A stretch of 64,000 bases of DNA from Chloroflexota bacterium. GTDB taxonomy: Bacteria; Chloroflexota; Dehalococcoidia; UBA2979. The notes below the pieces were generated by a model. The model worked only from the letters and a program-made list of their open reading frames with translations, searched no databases and was not told the origin of the DNA. Below are positions 19,935-29,318 of this stretch, piece by piece; the stretch's first letter is position 1, and each line of letters begins with the position of its first letter. The translations under genes and the position numbers were made by a program. The stretch is taken from the NCBI GenBank assembly GCA_947499615.1, contig CANMOP010000005.1, forward strand, positions 24,206-88,205. Direction: 5' to 3'.

Positions 19935-20483
19935 CTAGCCTCGGTCGCCGAGTTTGGCCGCCAGCTCGGCGGCGTCACGCAGCAGCATACGTTCTACCTC
20001 GGTCGACAGCGCAGCGAGCGCCTCGTCGAGCGTCAGCACATCGGCGCCCGCGAGCAGCGCGTCCGGCTTCGGCTCGCCCGTGACCGGTGCCAGCACGGCG
20101 CGCAGCCAGCCGGTGCCGGTGAACCCGAATCGTGCGGCCCCCATGCGTACGGGGATGCGGTGCTCCGACACTCGAGCCGGACCAGTCGAGGTGAGCTGCA
20201 AGCGCGCCAGCAGGAGATCGGCGACCGCTGCGTCCAGCGTGTCGTGCGCTGCGGGTGGGGCCAGCGAGAGCATCGCCGGCTGCGGCCAGTCTGCCCAGCG
20301 CACCAGCAGGAAGCGCGGGGCGTCGGCGCCAGCGCCCGCTATCGGCTCCGCTGCGAGCACCGGGACAATGAGGAATCGCTCCGGGGCGGCGGGTGTCGCG
20401 TCGTGCAGGAGTGCGCCGGGCGGCGACGAGTACCGCATCGATGCCGCTTCGGGCTGTTCGGCTGCGGGTGCCTCGTCAGTCAT
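19935..20483 (-). CDS. Hypothetical protein, co-operonic with M16 peptidase
   Basis: About 182 aa. Overlaps the stop of the upstream M16 peptidase gene. No recognisable motifs. Confidence 0.3.
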   Translation of the reverse strand: MTDEAPAAEQPEAASMRYSSPPGALLHDATPAAPERFLIVPVLAAEPIAGAGADAPRFLLVRWADWPQPAMLSLAPPAAHDTLDAAVADLLLARLQLTSTGPARVSEHRIPVRMGAARFGFTGTGWLRAVLAPVTGEPKPDALLAGADVLTLDEALAALSTEVERMLLRDAAELAAKLGDRG

Positions 20484-21741
20484 TGATGGCGACTCCACTC
20501 AGCAGCTCGTCGGCGGATGTGAATGGACCGACAACGGCGATGCGCATCCCCTCGTCGGTGAGTACGGTCTGGGCGACCGCTTGCACGTCGTCGATGGTGA
20601 CCGCCTGGTACCGCTCGATCGTCTGCTCCGGAGTGAGGATCGGCAGGTCGCGAGCGGCACGGGCGCCGTACCAACCGGCCACGGCCTGCGTGTCCTCCAT
20701 ATGCAGTTGGATGCGAGAGCTGAGCAGCCCCTTGGCGCGCTCCAACTCGGCGGTGGTCACAGGCTGACGCGCGCGGCGCAGCTCGCTGGCGATCTCGCGC
20801 AGCGACTCAGCGGCCTTCGATGGGTCCACGCCCGCGCTGACCGTGAATGCGCCTGTATCCAACAGCTGCGTCAGCGAACTGCGCACGTCGTAGCACAGCG
20901 CCAGCTCCTCGCGCAGCCGGGTGAACAGCCTCGAGGACATGCCCTCGCCGACAATCACGGACAGCGTGCCCAGCGCATAGCGACCGGGATCCTGAGCGCC
21001 CACGCCCAGGAAACCCATCGTCAGGTGCGCCTGCTCGGTCTCTTTGCCCAGCAGCCGCACTCGTTCGCCGATGGACAACTGGTTCCGCTCCCAGGTGCCC
21101 GGCGTACCGGACTGCCAGTCGGCGAAGAGCGAGCGAGCGAGCGCCAGTCCGTCAGCCTCGGTGATTGCGCCGGCGATCGCCAGCACGCAGCCGTTGGCGA
21201 CGTACTGGTCCCGCCAGTAGCGAGTCAGTCGTTCCTGGCTAATCGTGGAGACCGTCTCCGGCGAGCCGGCGATGTCTCGGCCGTGCGGCTGGCCGGGCCA
21301 GAGCAGCCCATCGAGCGCGATCCCCGCCTGCTCGTCCGGGGCATCCTCGACGGCGGCCAGCTCCTCCAGGATCACGTCGCGTTCACGCTCCACCTCCGCA
21401 GGAATGTAGAGCGAGTGGCGCAGCATGTCGCCGAGGATGTCCAGCGTTTGGTGAGTGTGCTCCGGCGTGACCTTCGCGTAGTACACGGTGTACTCGCGCT
21501 CCGTCGCAGCGTTGATCGAGCCGCCGACCGCATCGATCTCCGCGGAGATGTCCTGCGGCCGCGGGCGGCGTGCGGTGCCCTTGAAGCAGAGGTGCTCGAC
21601 GAAGTGCGAGAGCCCTGCTTCCGGGGAGGCCTCGAAGCGCGATCCGGCCTGCACGTACAACGAGAGCGCGACTGACCGCGCATGGGGCATGGGGATCACA
21701 ACGACCCGCAGGCCATTCTCAAGTGTGGCGACCTCTGGCAT
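20476..21741 (-). CDS. M16 family zinc peptidase (pitrilysin/insulinase-like)
   Basis: Inverted zincin motif 'HFVEH' near the N-terminus. Two-lobe M16 architecture. ATG at 21741. Confidence 0.8.
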   Translation of the reverse strand: MPEVATLENGLRVVVIPMPHARSVALSLYVQAGSRFEASPEAGLSHFVEHLCFKGTARRPRPQDISAEIDAVGGSINAATEREYTVYYAKVTPEHTHQTLDILGDMLRHSLYIPAEVERERDVILEELAAVEDAPDEQAGIALDGLLWPGQPHGRDIAGSPETVSTISQERLTRYWRDQYVANGCVLAIAGAITEADGLALARSLFADWQSGTPGTWERNQLSIGERVRLLGKETEQAHLTMGFLGVGAQDPGRYALGTLSVIVGEGMSSRLFTRLREELALCYDVRSSLTQLLDTGAFTVSAGVDPSKAAESLREIASELRRARQPVTTAELERAKGLLSSRIQLHMEDTQAVAGWYGARAARDLPILTPEQTIERYQAVTIDDVQAVAQTVLTDEGMRIAVVGPFTSADELLSGVAIND

Positions 21742-21931
21742 ACGACTCCTTACCGGTGCGCTCCCGGGTGGCGCCTCAGGGCGCCGACCCAGGAAGCTCT
21801 TTCGGCGGCGGCGCCGCGGGATATTAAGCGGTCGATGTGTTTCGGCCGAGGTTGGCAGGTGCCCGATCGTAGAGACGCGGCGCGGGCGGGTCAAACCACG
21901 CGCGCGGATCCTGCGACGCATGTGCCCTCGC

Positions 21932-22594
21932 CTAGGACTCCAGCCAGCTGACGTCGCCGCTGAGCGTGCTCGGGTGAGCCTTCGCAGCGAACACCGCGTA
22001 CTCGGCCTTCGCGACGCCGATGGTTGTGCCGCCGCCGTGGCCGGGCAGCACCATCGTCGCGTCCGGGAGCGCGTGCAACCTCGATGTGATGGAGCTGATC
22101 AGCTGCTGCAGCGCCTCCGGGGTGCGGGAATGGCCCGGGCCGCCGGGGAACAACGTGTCGCCGGTGAGCAGTGCTCCACCGGCCAGATGGGCCCCGCCTA
22201 CCAGCAGGCAGATCGAGCCCGGCGTGTGCCCGGGCGTGGCGATCACGCGCACGGTCGTGGTGCCCACCGGCAACTCGGTGCCGTCCGCGAGCGGGAGCGC
22301 GCCACGGGCGGGATTCAGGTTGGTCTCGCCGGCACCGGCGTACACCGGAGCCGCCGTATGAGCGCGCAGCACCTCGAAGCCGTCCCAGTGGTCGCGATGG
22401 GAGTGCGTCACCACGATGGCGCTCACCGGCGTGTCGCCGAGCGCCTCGACGACTGCCTCCGCGCCCGCGGGCGCATCAACGACGATCACCGGTCCGCCGC
22501 CAACCGGGCGGATGAGGTACGCATTGTTCTCGATGGGCCCCAACGGCCCCAGGCAGTCGATGGTCACTGCTGCGTCTGCGTACACCTGTGTCAT
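21932..22594 (-). CDS. MBL-fold metallo-hydrolase (glyoxalase II-like)
   Basis: 'VVTHSHRDHWDG' HxHxDH motif with downstream His/Asp ligands. 220 aa. Confidence 0.8.
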   Translation of the reverse strand: MTQVYADAAVTIDCLGPLGPIENNAYLIRPVGGGPVIVVDAPAGAEAVVEALGDTPVSAIVVTHSHRDHWDGFEVLRAHTAAPVYAGAGETNLNPARGALPLADGTELPVGTTTVRVIATPGHTPGSICLLVGGAHLAGGALLTGDTLFPGGPGHSRTPEALQQLISSITSRLHALPDATMVLPGHGGGTTIGVAKAEYAVFAAKAHPSTLSGDVSWLES

Positions 22595-23553
22595 CTGGAA
22601 TCGCCTTTCACCGCTGTCGACTCGAGCGTAGCAGAGCGCGACTCCGGTCGATCGCCGAGGCCGCACGTCCCTCGGTGCGACCACGCCAGGCCCTCCGCGC
22701 ACAGCTTTGCCAGCACCTCGCGGACCGTCGAGGCCTCCGCGTCGTCGGCTGCCAGCGTGCGCACCAGCGAGGCGACGCGCACCGCCCCGGACGCCTCGCG
22801 CAGCGCGCGCAGCACGCGGCCGCGCCATTGCCGCACAGAGCCTTGAAACCTAGGCTGCGCGCGTACCGGCTCGGCGCTCGCGCCAGCGGCAAATCGTGGT
22901 CGCGCGGGGCACAGCCGAGCGACCACGCACTGCTCGCAGTGCGGGCGAGGCGTGCAGACTCGGGCGCCGTAGTCCATCAGCATCGCGTTCCATCGCCCCG
23001 CCGCGCCGGGTGGGAGCAGCCGCTCGGCGGTCTCGATGAGGTCGCGAGGTCGCGTCTCCAACGCAGGCTGCAGGTCGCCATGCACCAGTCGTCCCAGCAC
23101 GCGCACCACGTTGGTATCGATGGCTGCCGCGTCGTCGGCCCAGCCGAAGCAGCGCACGATGGCCGCTGTGAACGGCCCGACCCCGGGCAGCGCCAGCAGT
23201 GCTATCGGGTCGCGCGGCAAGGCCCCGTCATGTTGCGCGCTGCAGCGGCGCGCGGCCTCGCGGATCGCCAGCGCTCGACGCGGGTATCCCGCACCGGCCC
23301 AGACGCGCAGCAGCTCGGCGGTGTCGGCGGCGGCTGCAGCCTCCAGCGTGGGGAAGGCCGCCATCCAGCGCTCCCACAACGGGAGCACGCGCTCCATCTG
23401 TGTCTGCTGAGAGCAGACCGCCGCCACCAGCGCCGCGTACGGGTCGCGAGCCTCGCGCCACGGGAAGTCCTGCGTGTACTTGTCGCCCCACGCCAGCAGC
23501 GCACGCCGGATCGAGGAGACCTGTCTAGGGGTGAGCGCCGCCGTCGAGGTCAT
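22591..23553 (-). CDS. HhH-GPD DNA glycosylase, MutY/Nth family (A/G-specific adenine glycosylase-like, no NUDIX domain)
   Basis: HhH 'LPGVGPFTAAIV' and catalytic Asp. [4Fe-4S] cluster loop 'CTPRPHCEQCVVARLC'. Confidence 0.8.
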   Translation of the reverse strand: MTSTAALTPRQVSSIRRALLAWGDKYTQDFPWREARDPYAALVAAVCSQQTQMERVLPLWERWMAAFPTLEAAAAADTAELLRVWAGAGYPRRALAIREAARRCSAQHDGALPRDPIALLALPGVGPFTAAIVRCFGWADDAAAIDTNVVRVLGRLVHGDLQPALETRPRDLIETAERLLPPGAAGRWNAMLMDYGARVCTPRPHCEQCVVARLCPARPRFAAGASAEPVRAQPRFQGSVRQWRGRVLRALREASGAVRVASLVRTLAADDAEASTVREVLAKLCAEGLAWSHRGTCGLGDRPESRSATLESTAVKGDSR

Positions 23554-23566
23554 TCGGCCCCGCGCC

Positions 23567-24022
23567 TCAGAGAAAGTACCGCGCGATGATCTCCGCCACG
23601 CACGCGGGTCTCGTCTCGCCTTCGATCTCGACGGTGATACCCATCGTCACCTGGACGCCATCCTCGCCGGCCGCCTCCACCGATTGCGGCACGAATTGGT
23701 GCCGCAGCGGAGTGCCCACGCGCGTGGCGCTTGGCCAGCGGATGCGGTTGTAGCCATAGATCACCCCGCCGGTGGCACCCGGTACGAGCGAGGCCCTACT
23801 GAGGGCAGGGTAAAACGACGCCAGCACCTGCATCCCGGGTACGATCGTCCCGCCGTACGGTCCGGCCGTCGCACGCTCGACATCGACGTGAATCCACTGG
23901 TTGTCTCCCGTGGCCTCCGCCCACGCACCGACCTGCTCTTGCGTGATCGTGATCCAGTCGCCCACGATGATTTCCGTCCCGACCTTGGCTTCGAGGCCGG
24001 TCAGCAGTTGTTCGAGTGGCAT
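23567..24022 (-). CDS. MaoC-like (R)-hydratase, hot-dog fold
   Basis: 151 aa. 'ATGDNQWIHVDVERA...GGTIVPG' hydratase motif. GGAGGAGGA RBS upstream of ATG 24022. Confidence 0.7.
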   Translation of the reverse strand: MPLEQLLTGLEAKVGTEIIVGDWITITQEQVGAWAEATGDNQWIHVDVERATAGPYGGTIVPGMQVLASFYPALSRASLVPGATGGVIYGYNRIRWPSATRVGTPLRHQFVPQSVEAAGEDGVQVTMGITVEIEGETRPACVAEIIARYFL

Positions 24023-24124
24023 CGTCTCCTCCTCCTTCCCCACGTGCGCGTGATGCGCCGCATGATAGCAGCGCGCCGCCGCCCCGCTGACCGACGTGCG
24101 GCTCGACCTGGCGAGGAGGCCACG

Positions 24125-24640
24125 ATGTTCACGCTGCAGGTGCCTGCACTGGAGATCGCGCTGCGGACGGCGCTGATCTACGTCGCGCTGCTGCTGGCGC
24201 TTCGGCTGGCCGGGAAGCGCGAGGTGGGGCAACTCACCACGTTCGACCTTGTGGTCATCCTGCTGGTGTCGAATGCGGTGCAGAACGCGATGGTCGGCCC
24301 GGACAACTCTCTGACCGGCGGGCTGATCGCGGCCGGAGTGCTGCTGGGTGCGAACTACCTGGTGGCGCTGGTACGCGATCGGTTGCCCTGGCTGCGTGGC
24401 CTGGTGGAGGGCTCTCCCACCATCCTCATCCACGACGGGCGATTCATGGACGAGCAGCTGCGTCGAGAGCACGTCGATGTGGAGGAGGTGCTGATGGCGC
24501 TGCGTGAGCATGGCATCTCCGACCCGGCCGAGGTGCGCTTCGCAATCCTCGAGACCGACGGCTCAATCAGCGTGGTGCCGAACTCCGCCGACCCGCCGAT
24601 TCGGACGCGACGGCGGATGCGGCACCGTCAGCGCGGGTAG
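24125..24640 (+). CDS. DUF421 (YetF-like) membrane protein
   Basis: N-terminal TM helices plus C-terminal 'FAILETDGSISVV' block typical of the YetF/DUF421 family. Confidence 0.6.
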   Translation: MFTLQVPALEIALRTALIYVALLLALRLAGKREVGQLTTFDLVVILLVSNAVQNAMVGPDNSLTGGLIAAGVLLGANYLVALVRDRLPWLRGLVEGSPTILIHDGRFMDEQLRREHVDVEEVLMALREHGISDPAEVRFAILETDGSISVVPNSADPPIRTRRRMRHRQRG

Positions 24641-24777
24641 CCCGGACGCGGCGGCCCGCCGTCCGCGACACTCGTGCGGCGTCCTGCCATAATGCCTGTG
24701 AGCATTTTCGCGCCGTCGCTCAGCGGCCGCGCGTTTCCACCCGGTAGATTGCAACCGCGAACTCGGGGTTCAGACTC

Positions 24778-26112
24778 GTGACTCAGCCTGCGTCAGCGTC
24801 CCTGCCACTTGAACATCTGCTTCCGATCACCGCCGGACTCTCGCCGGAAGGGCACCTCACGCTTGGCGGCTGTGACACCGTTGAGCTGGCGCGTGAGTTC
24901 GGCACACCGCTCTACGTCTACGACATCGCGACCGTCGAGGAGCAATGTCGGCTCGCGCTGTCCGCGTTCCGCGCGGAGCACGAGGATACCGAGGTGCTCT
25001 ACGCCTCCAAGGCGTTCCTGAACCGTCCGTTCGCGCGCCTCGTTGCCGGCCTCGGGCTGGGGTTCGACGCGGTGTCAGGCGGCGAGATCGCGGTGCTGCA
25101 CGCCGCTGGCGTGGCGATGAACACCGTCTACTTCCACGGCAACAACAAGGGGCCGGACGAGCTGGCATTGGCCGCTGAATTGGGCGTCGGACGCATCGTG
25201 ATCGACAACCTCGGCGAGGTCGCACTCGTGGAGGCGGCAGCGGCGGCGGCGGGTATCACGCAGGGCGTGCTGGTCCGCGTCTCGCCGGGCGTGGACGCTC
25301 ACACGCACGAGAAGACCACCACCGGCATCCTGGACTCCAAGTTCGGCGTGCCGATTACCTCCGGCGCTGCGGAGGCCACGGTGCGCGCGATTCTGGATTC
25401 GCCGCACCTGACCTTCCGCGGACTCCACATGCACCTGGGCAGCCCCATCTTCGAGCTGGAACCGTACGTCATGGGCATCGAGGTGATGGCGGAGTTCATC
25501 GCGCGACTGCAGGAGCGGTTAGGCGTGGCAGTTCGGGAGTTCTCGCCCGGTGGCGGCTTCGCGGTCGCGTACCTCAACGAGCAGCACCCGCCCGCGTGGG
25601 CCGCGTATGCACAGGCGATCTGCGGCACGCTACGCCGCGAGGCCGATGCTCGCGGCTTCGAGATGCCGCATGTGACCATCGAACCCGGGCGGTCCATCGT
25701 CGGGCGTGCCGGCGTGGCGCTGTACACGGTTGGCGCGCGCAAGGAAGTGCCCGGCATCCGCACCTTCGTCTCGGTGGATGGCGGGATGGCGGACAACGTC
25801 CGTCCCGCGATGTACGGCTCGCGCTACGAAGCACTCGCCGCAGAGCGCCCGCTGGCGCCCGCCGAGGAGACCGTGAGCATCGCGGGCAAGTACTGCGAGT
25901 CCGGCGACGTGCTGATCCGCGATATCGAACTTCCGCATCTCCATGCCGGCGAGGTACTCGCGATCCCGGCGGCTGGCGCCTACCAATTGGCGATGTCGTC
26001 CAACTACAACCTCGCGTACAAGCCGGCCGTGCTGTTCGTGCAGGGTGGCGTGGCCGTGCTGGCCCGTCGCCGCGAGACAGCCGCCGACCTGATGGCGCTG
26101 GACGCGGACTGA
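24778..26112 (+). CDS. lysA: Diaminopimelate decarboxylase
   Basis: 444 aa fold-III PLP decarboxylase. 'YASKAF' Lys-PLP region and 'CESGD' motif. GTG start. Confidence 0.88.
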   Translation: MTQPASASLPLEHLLPITAGLSPEGHLTLGGCDTVELAREFGTPLYVYDIATVEEQCRLALSAFRAEHEDTEVLYASKAFLNRPFARLVAGLGLGFDAVSGGEIAVLHAAGVAMNTVYFHGNNKGPDELALAAELGVGRIVIDNLGEVALVEAAAAAAGITQGVLVRVSPGVDAHTHEKTTTGILDSKFGVPITSGAAEATVRAILDSPHLTFRGLHMHLGSPIFELEPYVMGIEVMAEFIARLQERLGVAVREFSPGGGFAVAYLNEQHPPAWAAYAQAICGTLRREADARGFEMPHVTIEPGRSIVGRAGVALYTVGARKEVPGIRTFVSVDGGMADNVRPAMYGSRYEALAAERPLAPAEETVSIAGKYCESGDVLIRDIELPHLHAGEVLAIPAAGAYQLAMSSNYNLAYKPAVLFVQGGVAVLARRRETAADLMALDAD

Positions 26113-26116
26113 CACG

Positions 26117-27253
26117 ATGACCGCCGACACCACGCGCACAGCCTCGCCCGACGGGCACTGGGGCGTTTACGGTCAGACCAGCGCGGTCGCCTCGCTGCAG
26201 CATGCGATCGCCAGCGGACGACTGGCGCACGCGTACCTGTTCAGCGGCCCGGAAGGCATCGGCAAGGCCACGCTGGCGCGACGGCTCGCGCAGGCGCTGG
26301 TCTGCGAGGCCTCACCCGGGCTGCTGGCTGATGACGACGCGGGGCGTGGCGATGCTGCCTCGGCTGGCGAGGTGCGTCCGTGCCTCGTCTGTCGCGCCTG
26401 CACGCAGGTGGAGGCTGGTACCTCCCCTGACATCGAGCGCATCACCGTCGGTGGCATCTGTGACGAGGGCGGCGCAGGCCATCGCGACCACTCGGCGGAC
26501 GGGTCCACGCGCATCCGCATCTGCCAGGTGCGGCGGTTGGAGCGTGTGGCCAGTCTGACGCCCTACCAGTCCCCACGGCGGGTCTTCATCATCGACACCG
26601 CAGACGAGTTGCAGCGGGAGGCCGCGCACGCGCTGCTGAAGACGCTGGAAGAGCCGCCCGCGTCCGTGCTGCTGATCATGCTCGCCACGGACATCGATGC
26701 ATTGCTGCCCACCGTGCGGTCGCGCTGCCAGGAGATCGCGCTGCGCCCGATGTCGCATCGTGCGCTTGCGGAAGTGCTCAGCACCGACGGCGGGATGGAT
26801 CCCGCGACGGCACGGGCGCTGGCGGAGGAGTCGCACGGCCGATACGGGTTGGCGATGCGGCTGCACACGGACCCCTCGCTCGGGATGCTGCGGGAGACCG
26901 CCATGCTGGATGCGGCACGCATCGCGGCTGGCGGCCGCAACGAGCGCTTCGACTACGCTGCAACCCTCGCGGGTCGTTGGTCACGGGAACGTTTGAGCGT
27001 CCTTGAAACGCTTGAAGTGTGGCGTGGCTGGTGGCGCGCGCGGTTGGTGGAGGCGGGCTGCACACCCGATCTGGCGCAATGCTCGGCGCCGGATGCGTTG
27101 CGAGCGTTGCGCGCGGTGACGCGTGCGCGCACGCATCTATTGGAGAACACGTACCCGCAGCTGGCGCTGGAGGTCATGATGCTGGACCTCCCCGTGCTGG
27201 CCGCGGATGGAATCCGAGAGGAGGCCCGCGAGCCTGCCGTCTCACCCGCATAG
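26117..27253 (+). CDS. holB: DNA polymerase III subunit delta'
   Basis: AAA+ fold with 'HAYLFSGPEGIGKATLA'. Zinc module 'CLVCRAC'. Degenerate sensor motifs typical of delta'. Confidence 0.85.
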   Translation: MTADTTRTASPDGHWGVYGQTSAVASLQHAIASGRLAHAYLFSGPEGIGKATLARRLAQALVCEASPGLLADDDAGRGDAASAGEVRPCLVCRACTQVEAGTSPDIERITVGGICDEGGAGHRDHSADGSTRIRICQVRRLERVASLTPYQSPRRVFIIDTADELQREAAHALLKTLEEPPASVLLIMLATDIDALLPTVRSRCQEIALRPMSHRALAEVLSTDGGMDPATARALAEESHGRYGLAMRLHTDPSLGMLRETAMLDAARIAAGGRNERFDYAATLAGRWSRERLSVLETLEVWRGWWRARLVEAGCTPDLAQCSAPDALRALRAVTRARTHLLENTYPQLALEVMMLDLPVLAADGIREEAREPAVSPA

Positions 27254-27281
27254 GCGGGGTACGGCGCTGGCGGGACTGCAC

Positions 27282-28478
27282 GTGGACGACATTGTCGGGA
27301 TTCGATTCATCGCGTCTGGCCCGGTTGCGTACTGCAGCCCGGGCGAGTTTGCGCTTGGTGTTGGTGACTACGTGGTGGTGCGCATGGACCGAGGCGAGCG
27401 CCTTGGTTGGGTGGTGATCGCCGCCGATCAGGTGCTGGCGGGGACCTACCCCACTGGTCCGGTGCGTGTCGTCGATCGCATCGCGAGTGCGGAGGACATC
27501 GCGTCCTGGGAGCACAGCAAGGCGCAGGCACTGGAGGACCAGGGCCGCGCGCAGGAGTTCGCGACGCGCACTGATCCCCGTATGCGCGTCGCGTCTCTGA
27601 CCTATGACCTTGCGGGAGAGCGTGGCGAGCTGACGTTCACGGCGCCGGAGCGCGTGGAGCACCGCTGGTTGCAGCAGCAGCTGTCTGATCTGCTGCAGGT
27701 GCGGCTGGAAGTGACGCAGGTCGGTGACCGCGACCGCGCGAAGGCCGCGGGCGGCATTGATGTCTGCGGGCGAGCGCTCTGCTGCTCCACGTGGATGACG
27801 GAGTTTCCCGCCATCTCGATCAAGATGGCGAAGGACCAGGACCTTCCCCCCAACCCCTCGAAGATATCCGGCGTCTGCGGCCGACTGCTCTGCTGCCTGT
27901 CGTTCGAGGTGGATGCGTACCGCGAGCTGCGCGGTGACCTGCCGAAGCTGGGCAAGCGAGTGACCACGCCAGTCGGCCGCGCGAAGGTGATCTCGATCAA
28001 TTCGCTGAAGCAGGTCGTGCGGCTGCGTATGGACGACACTAACGAGATCATCGAGCTGCCGGCCGAGGAGTTGCGTAAGCAATACGGCACGGCGGTGCGC
28101 CCGGAAGAGCTGGAGCAGCAGATCGAGGGGCCGCATCACCGCCGCGACAAGGAGCAGCGGGAGAACATGCTCGCGATCCTGGAGCCGCGCGATGCACCCA
28201 CGTCCCCCACGGCGTTCGCTGCCAGCGTGGCGGCGTACCGTGGCGAGGCCGTCGGCGTGGACGTCGGCGTGGCGGTGGAGTCCGGCGCCGATGCCGAGGC
28301 GCTCGATGGCGCGCTCGACGCCGATGGCGAGCCGCGCAAGCGGAGGCGTCGTGGTCGTCGCGGCGGCCGCGGTCGCGGCGGCGCAGCCACCACCGAGGGC
28401 GGCGTGGCAGGCGGCGCTGATGGCGACACTGGCGACGTTGGCGGTGCCTCCGGTGAGGGCGAGGGCGGCATTCGATGA
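27282..28478 (+). CDS. PSP1/RicT (YaaT-like) domain protein with Gly/Arg-rich tail
   Basis: PSP1 C-terminal domain with 'CGRALCC...CGRLLCC' cysteine pairs. Conserved holB-yaaT synteny. GTG start inferred; long low-complexity RG tail. Confidence 0.75.
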   Translation: MDDIVGIRFIASGPVAYCSPGEFALGVGDYVVVRMDRGERLGWVVIAADQVLAGTYPTGPVRVVDRIASAEDIASWEHSKAQALEDQGRAQEFATRTDPRMRVASLTYDLAGERGELTFTAPERVEHRWLQQQLSDLLQVRLEVTQVGDRDRAKAAGGIDVCGRALCCSTWMTEFPAISIKMAKDQDLPPNPSKISGVCGRLLCCLSFEVDAYRELRGDLPKLGKRVTTPVGRAKVISINSLKQVVRLRMDDTNEIIELPAEELRKQYGTAVRPEELEQQIEGPHHRRDKEQRENMLAILEPRDAPTSPTAFAASVAAYRGEAVGVDVGVAVESGADAEALDGALDADGEPRKRRRRGRRGGRGRGGAATTEGGVAGGADGDTGDVGGASGEGEGGIR

Positions 28479-29311
28479 GCGTGCGGCTGGACGCACTGGT
28501 CAGCGCGGAGTGGGTGGCGGCGCATGCCGCCGACCCGGACGTGCGTTTCATCCACGCCGGCACCGATCGCGCTGACTTCGAGCGTGGGCACGTGCAGGGC
28601 GCGGTGTACGCCTCCGGCTACGAGGATCTCGCCGAAGACCGCGAGGTGCGCGCGCTGGTGCCGCTAGCGGAGTCCTTCGAGGCAACCCTCGAGCGCTGGG
28701 GGGTTACGCCCGAGGACCGCATCATCTGCTACTCCGGCGCCAAGTCGCCGTGGCCGGCTCGCGCGTACTGGGTGCTGCGCTACTACCGCTTCCCGCGCGT
28801 CCACCTGCTGGACGGCGCGCTCCCGGCGCTGGCGGCCGCAGGCGTGGCCACGACCACCGACGAGACGCCACCGCCGGCCACGACGCGCCGCGTGACGCTG
28901 CCCGAGCCTGACCGCGCGATCCTCGCCAGCACTGATGACGTCCTCGCGGCTGCGCAGGGCGGCGAGCCGGTGATTCTCGACTGCCGCACCGATGGCGAGT
29001 GGCACGGCACGGCGGACGGCCACCTCGCGGCTCCGCGCCGAGGACGCATTCCGCGCGCCACGCACCTGAACTGGGAAGGGCTGGTTGGCGACGACGCCCG
29101 CTTGCTCCCGCTGGAGGAGCTCCGCGCCGCCTACGCGTCGAGTGGTATCGATGGCACACGACCGGTGTACCCGTACTGCGGCGGGGGCATCCGCGCCTCG
29201 GTCGGCTGGTTCATCCTGCACGAACTGCTCGGCTACGAGCACATCGCGAACTACGACGGCTCCTGGTCAGAGTGGGGCGCCCGCCTCGACCTGCCGATCG
29301 AGACGGACTAG
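28475..29311 (+). CDS. Thiosulfate/3-mercaptopyruvate sulfurtransferase (tandem rhodanese)
   Basis: Two rhodanese domains. Active-site loop 'YCGGGIRAS'. Overlaps the upstream stop (ATGA). Confidence 0.85.
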   Translation: MSVRLDALVSAEWVAAHAADPDVRFIHAGTDRADFERGHVQGAVYASGYEDLAEDREVRALVPLAESFEATLERWGVTPEDRIICYSGAKSPWPARAYWVLRYYRFPRVHLLDGALPALAAAGVATTTDETPPPATTRRVTLPEPDRAILASTDDVLAAAQGGEPVILDCRTDGEWHGTADGHLAAPRRGRIPRATHLNWEGLVGDDARLLPLEELRAAYASSGIDGTRPVYPYCGGGIRASVGWFILHELLGYEHIANYDGSWSEWGARLDLPIETD

Positions 29312-29318
29312 CGCGGGT

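Noticed and set aside
19954-21675. 573-aa plus-strand ORF overlapping the M16 peptidase and neighbour
   Set aside because: Ala/Ser/Arg-rich low complexity. The minus strand carries recognisable M16 peptidase motifs.
24640-24778. Possible lysine riboswitch upstream of lysA
   Set aside because: Only ~135 nt of leader, and no recognisable L-box conserved elements were seen by eye. An Rfam scan would be needed.
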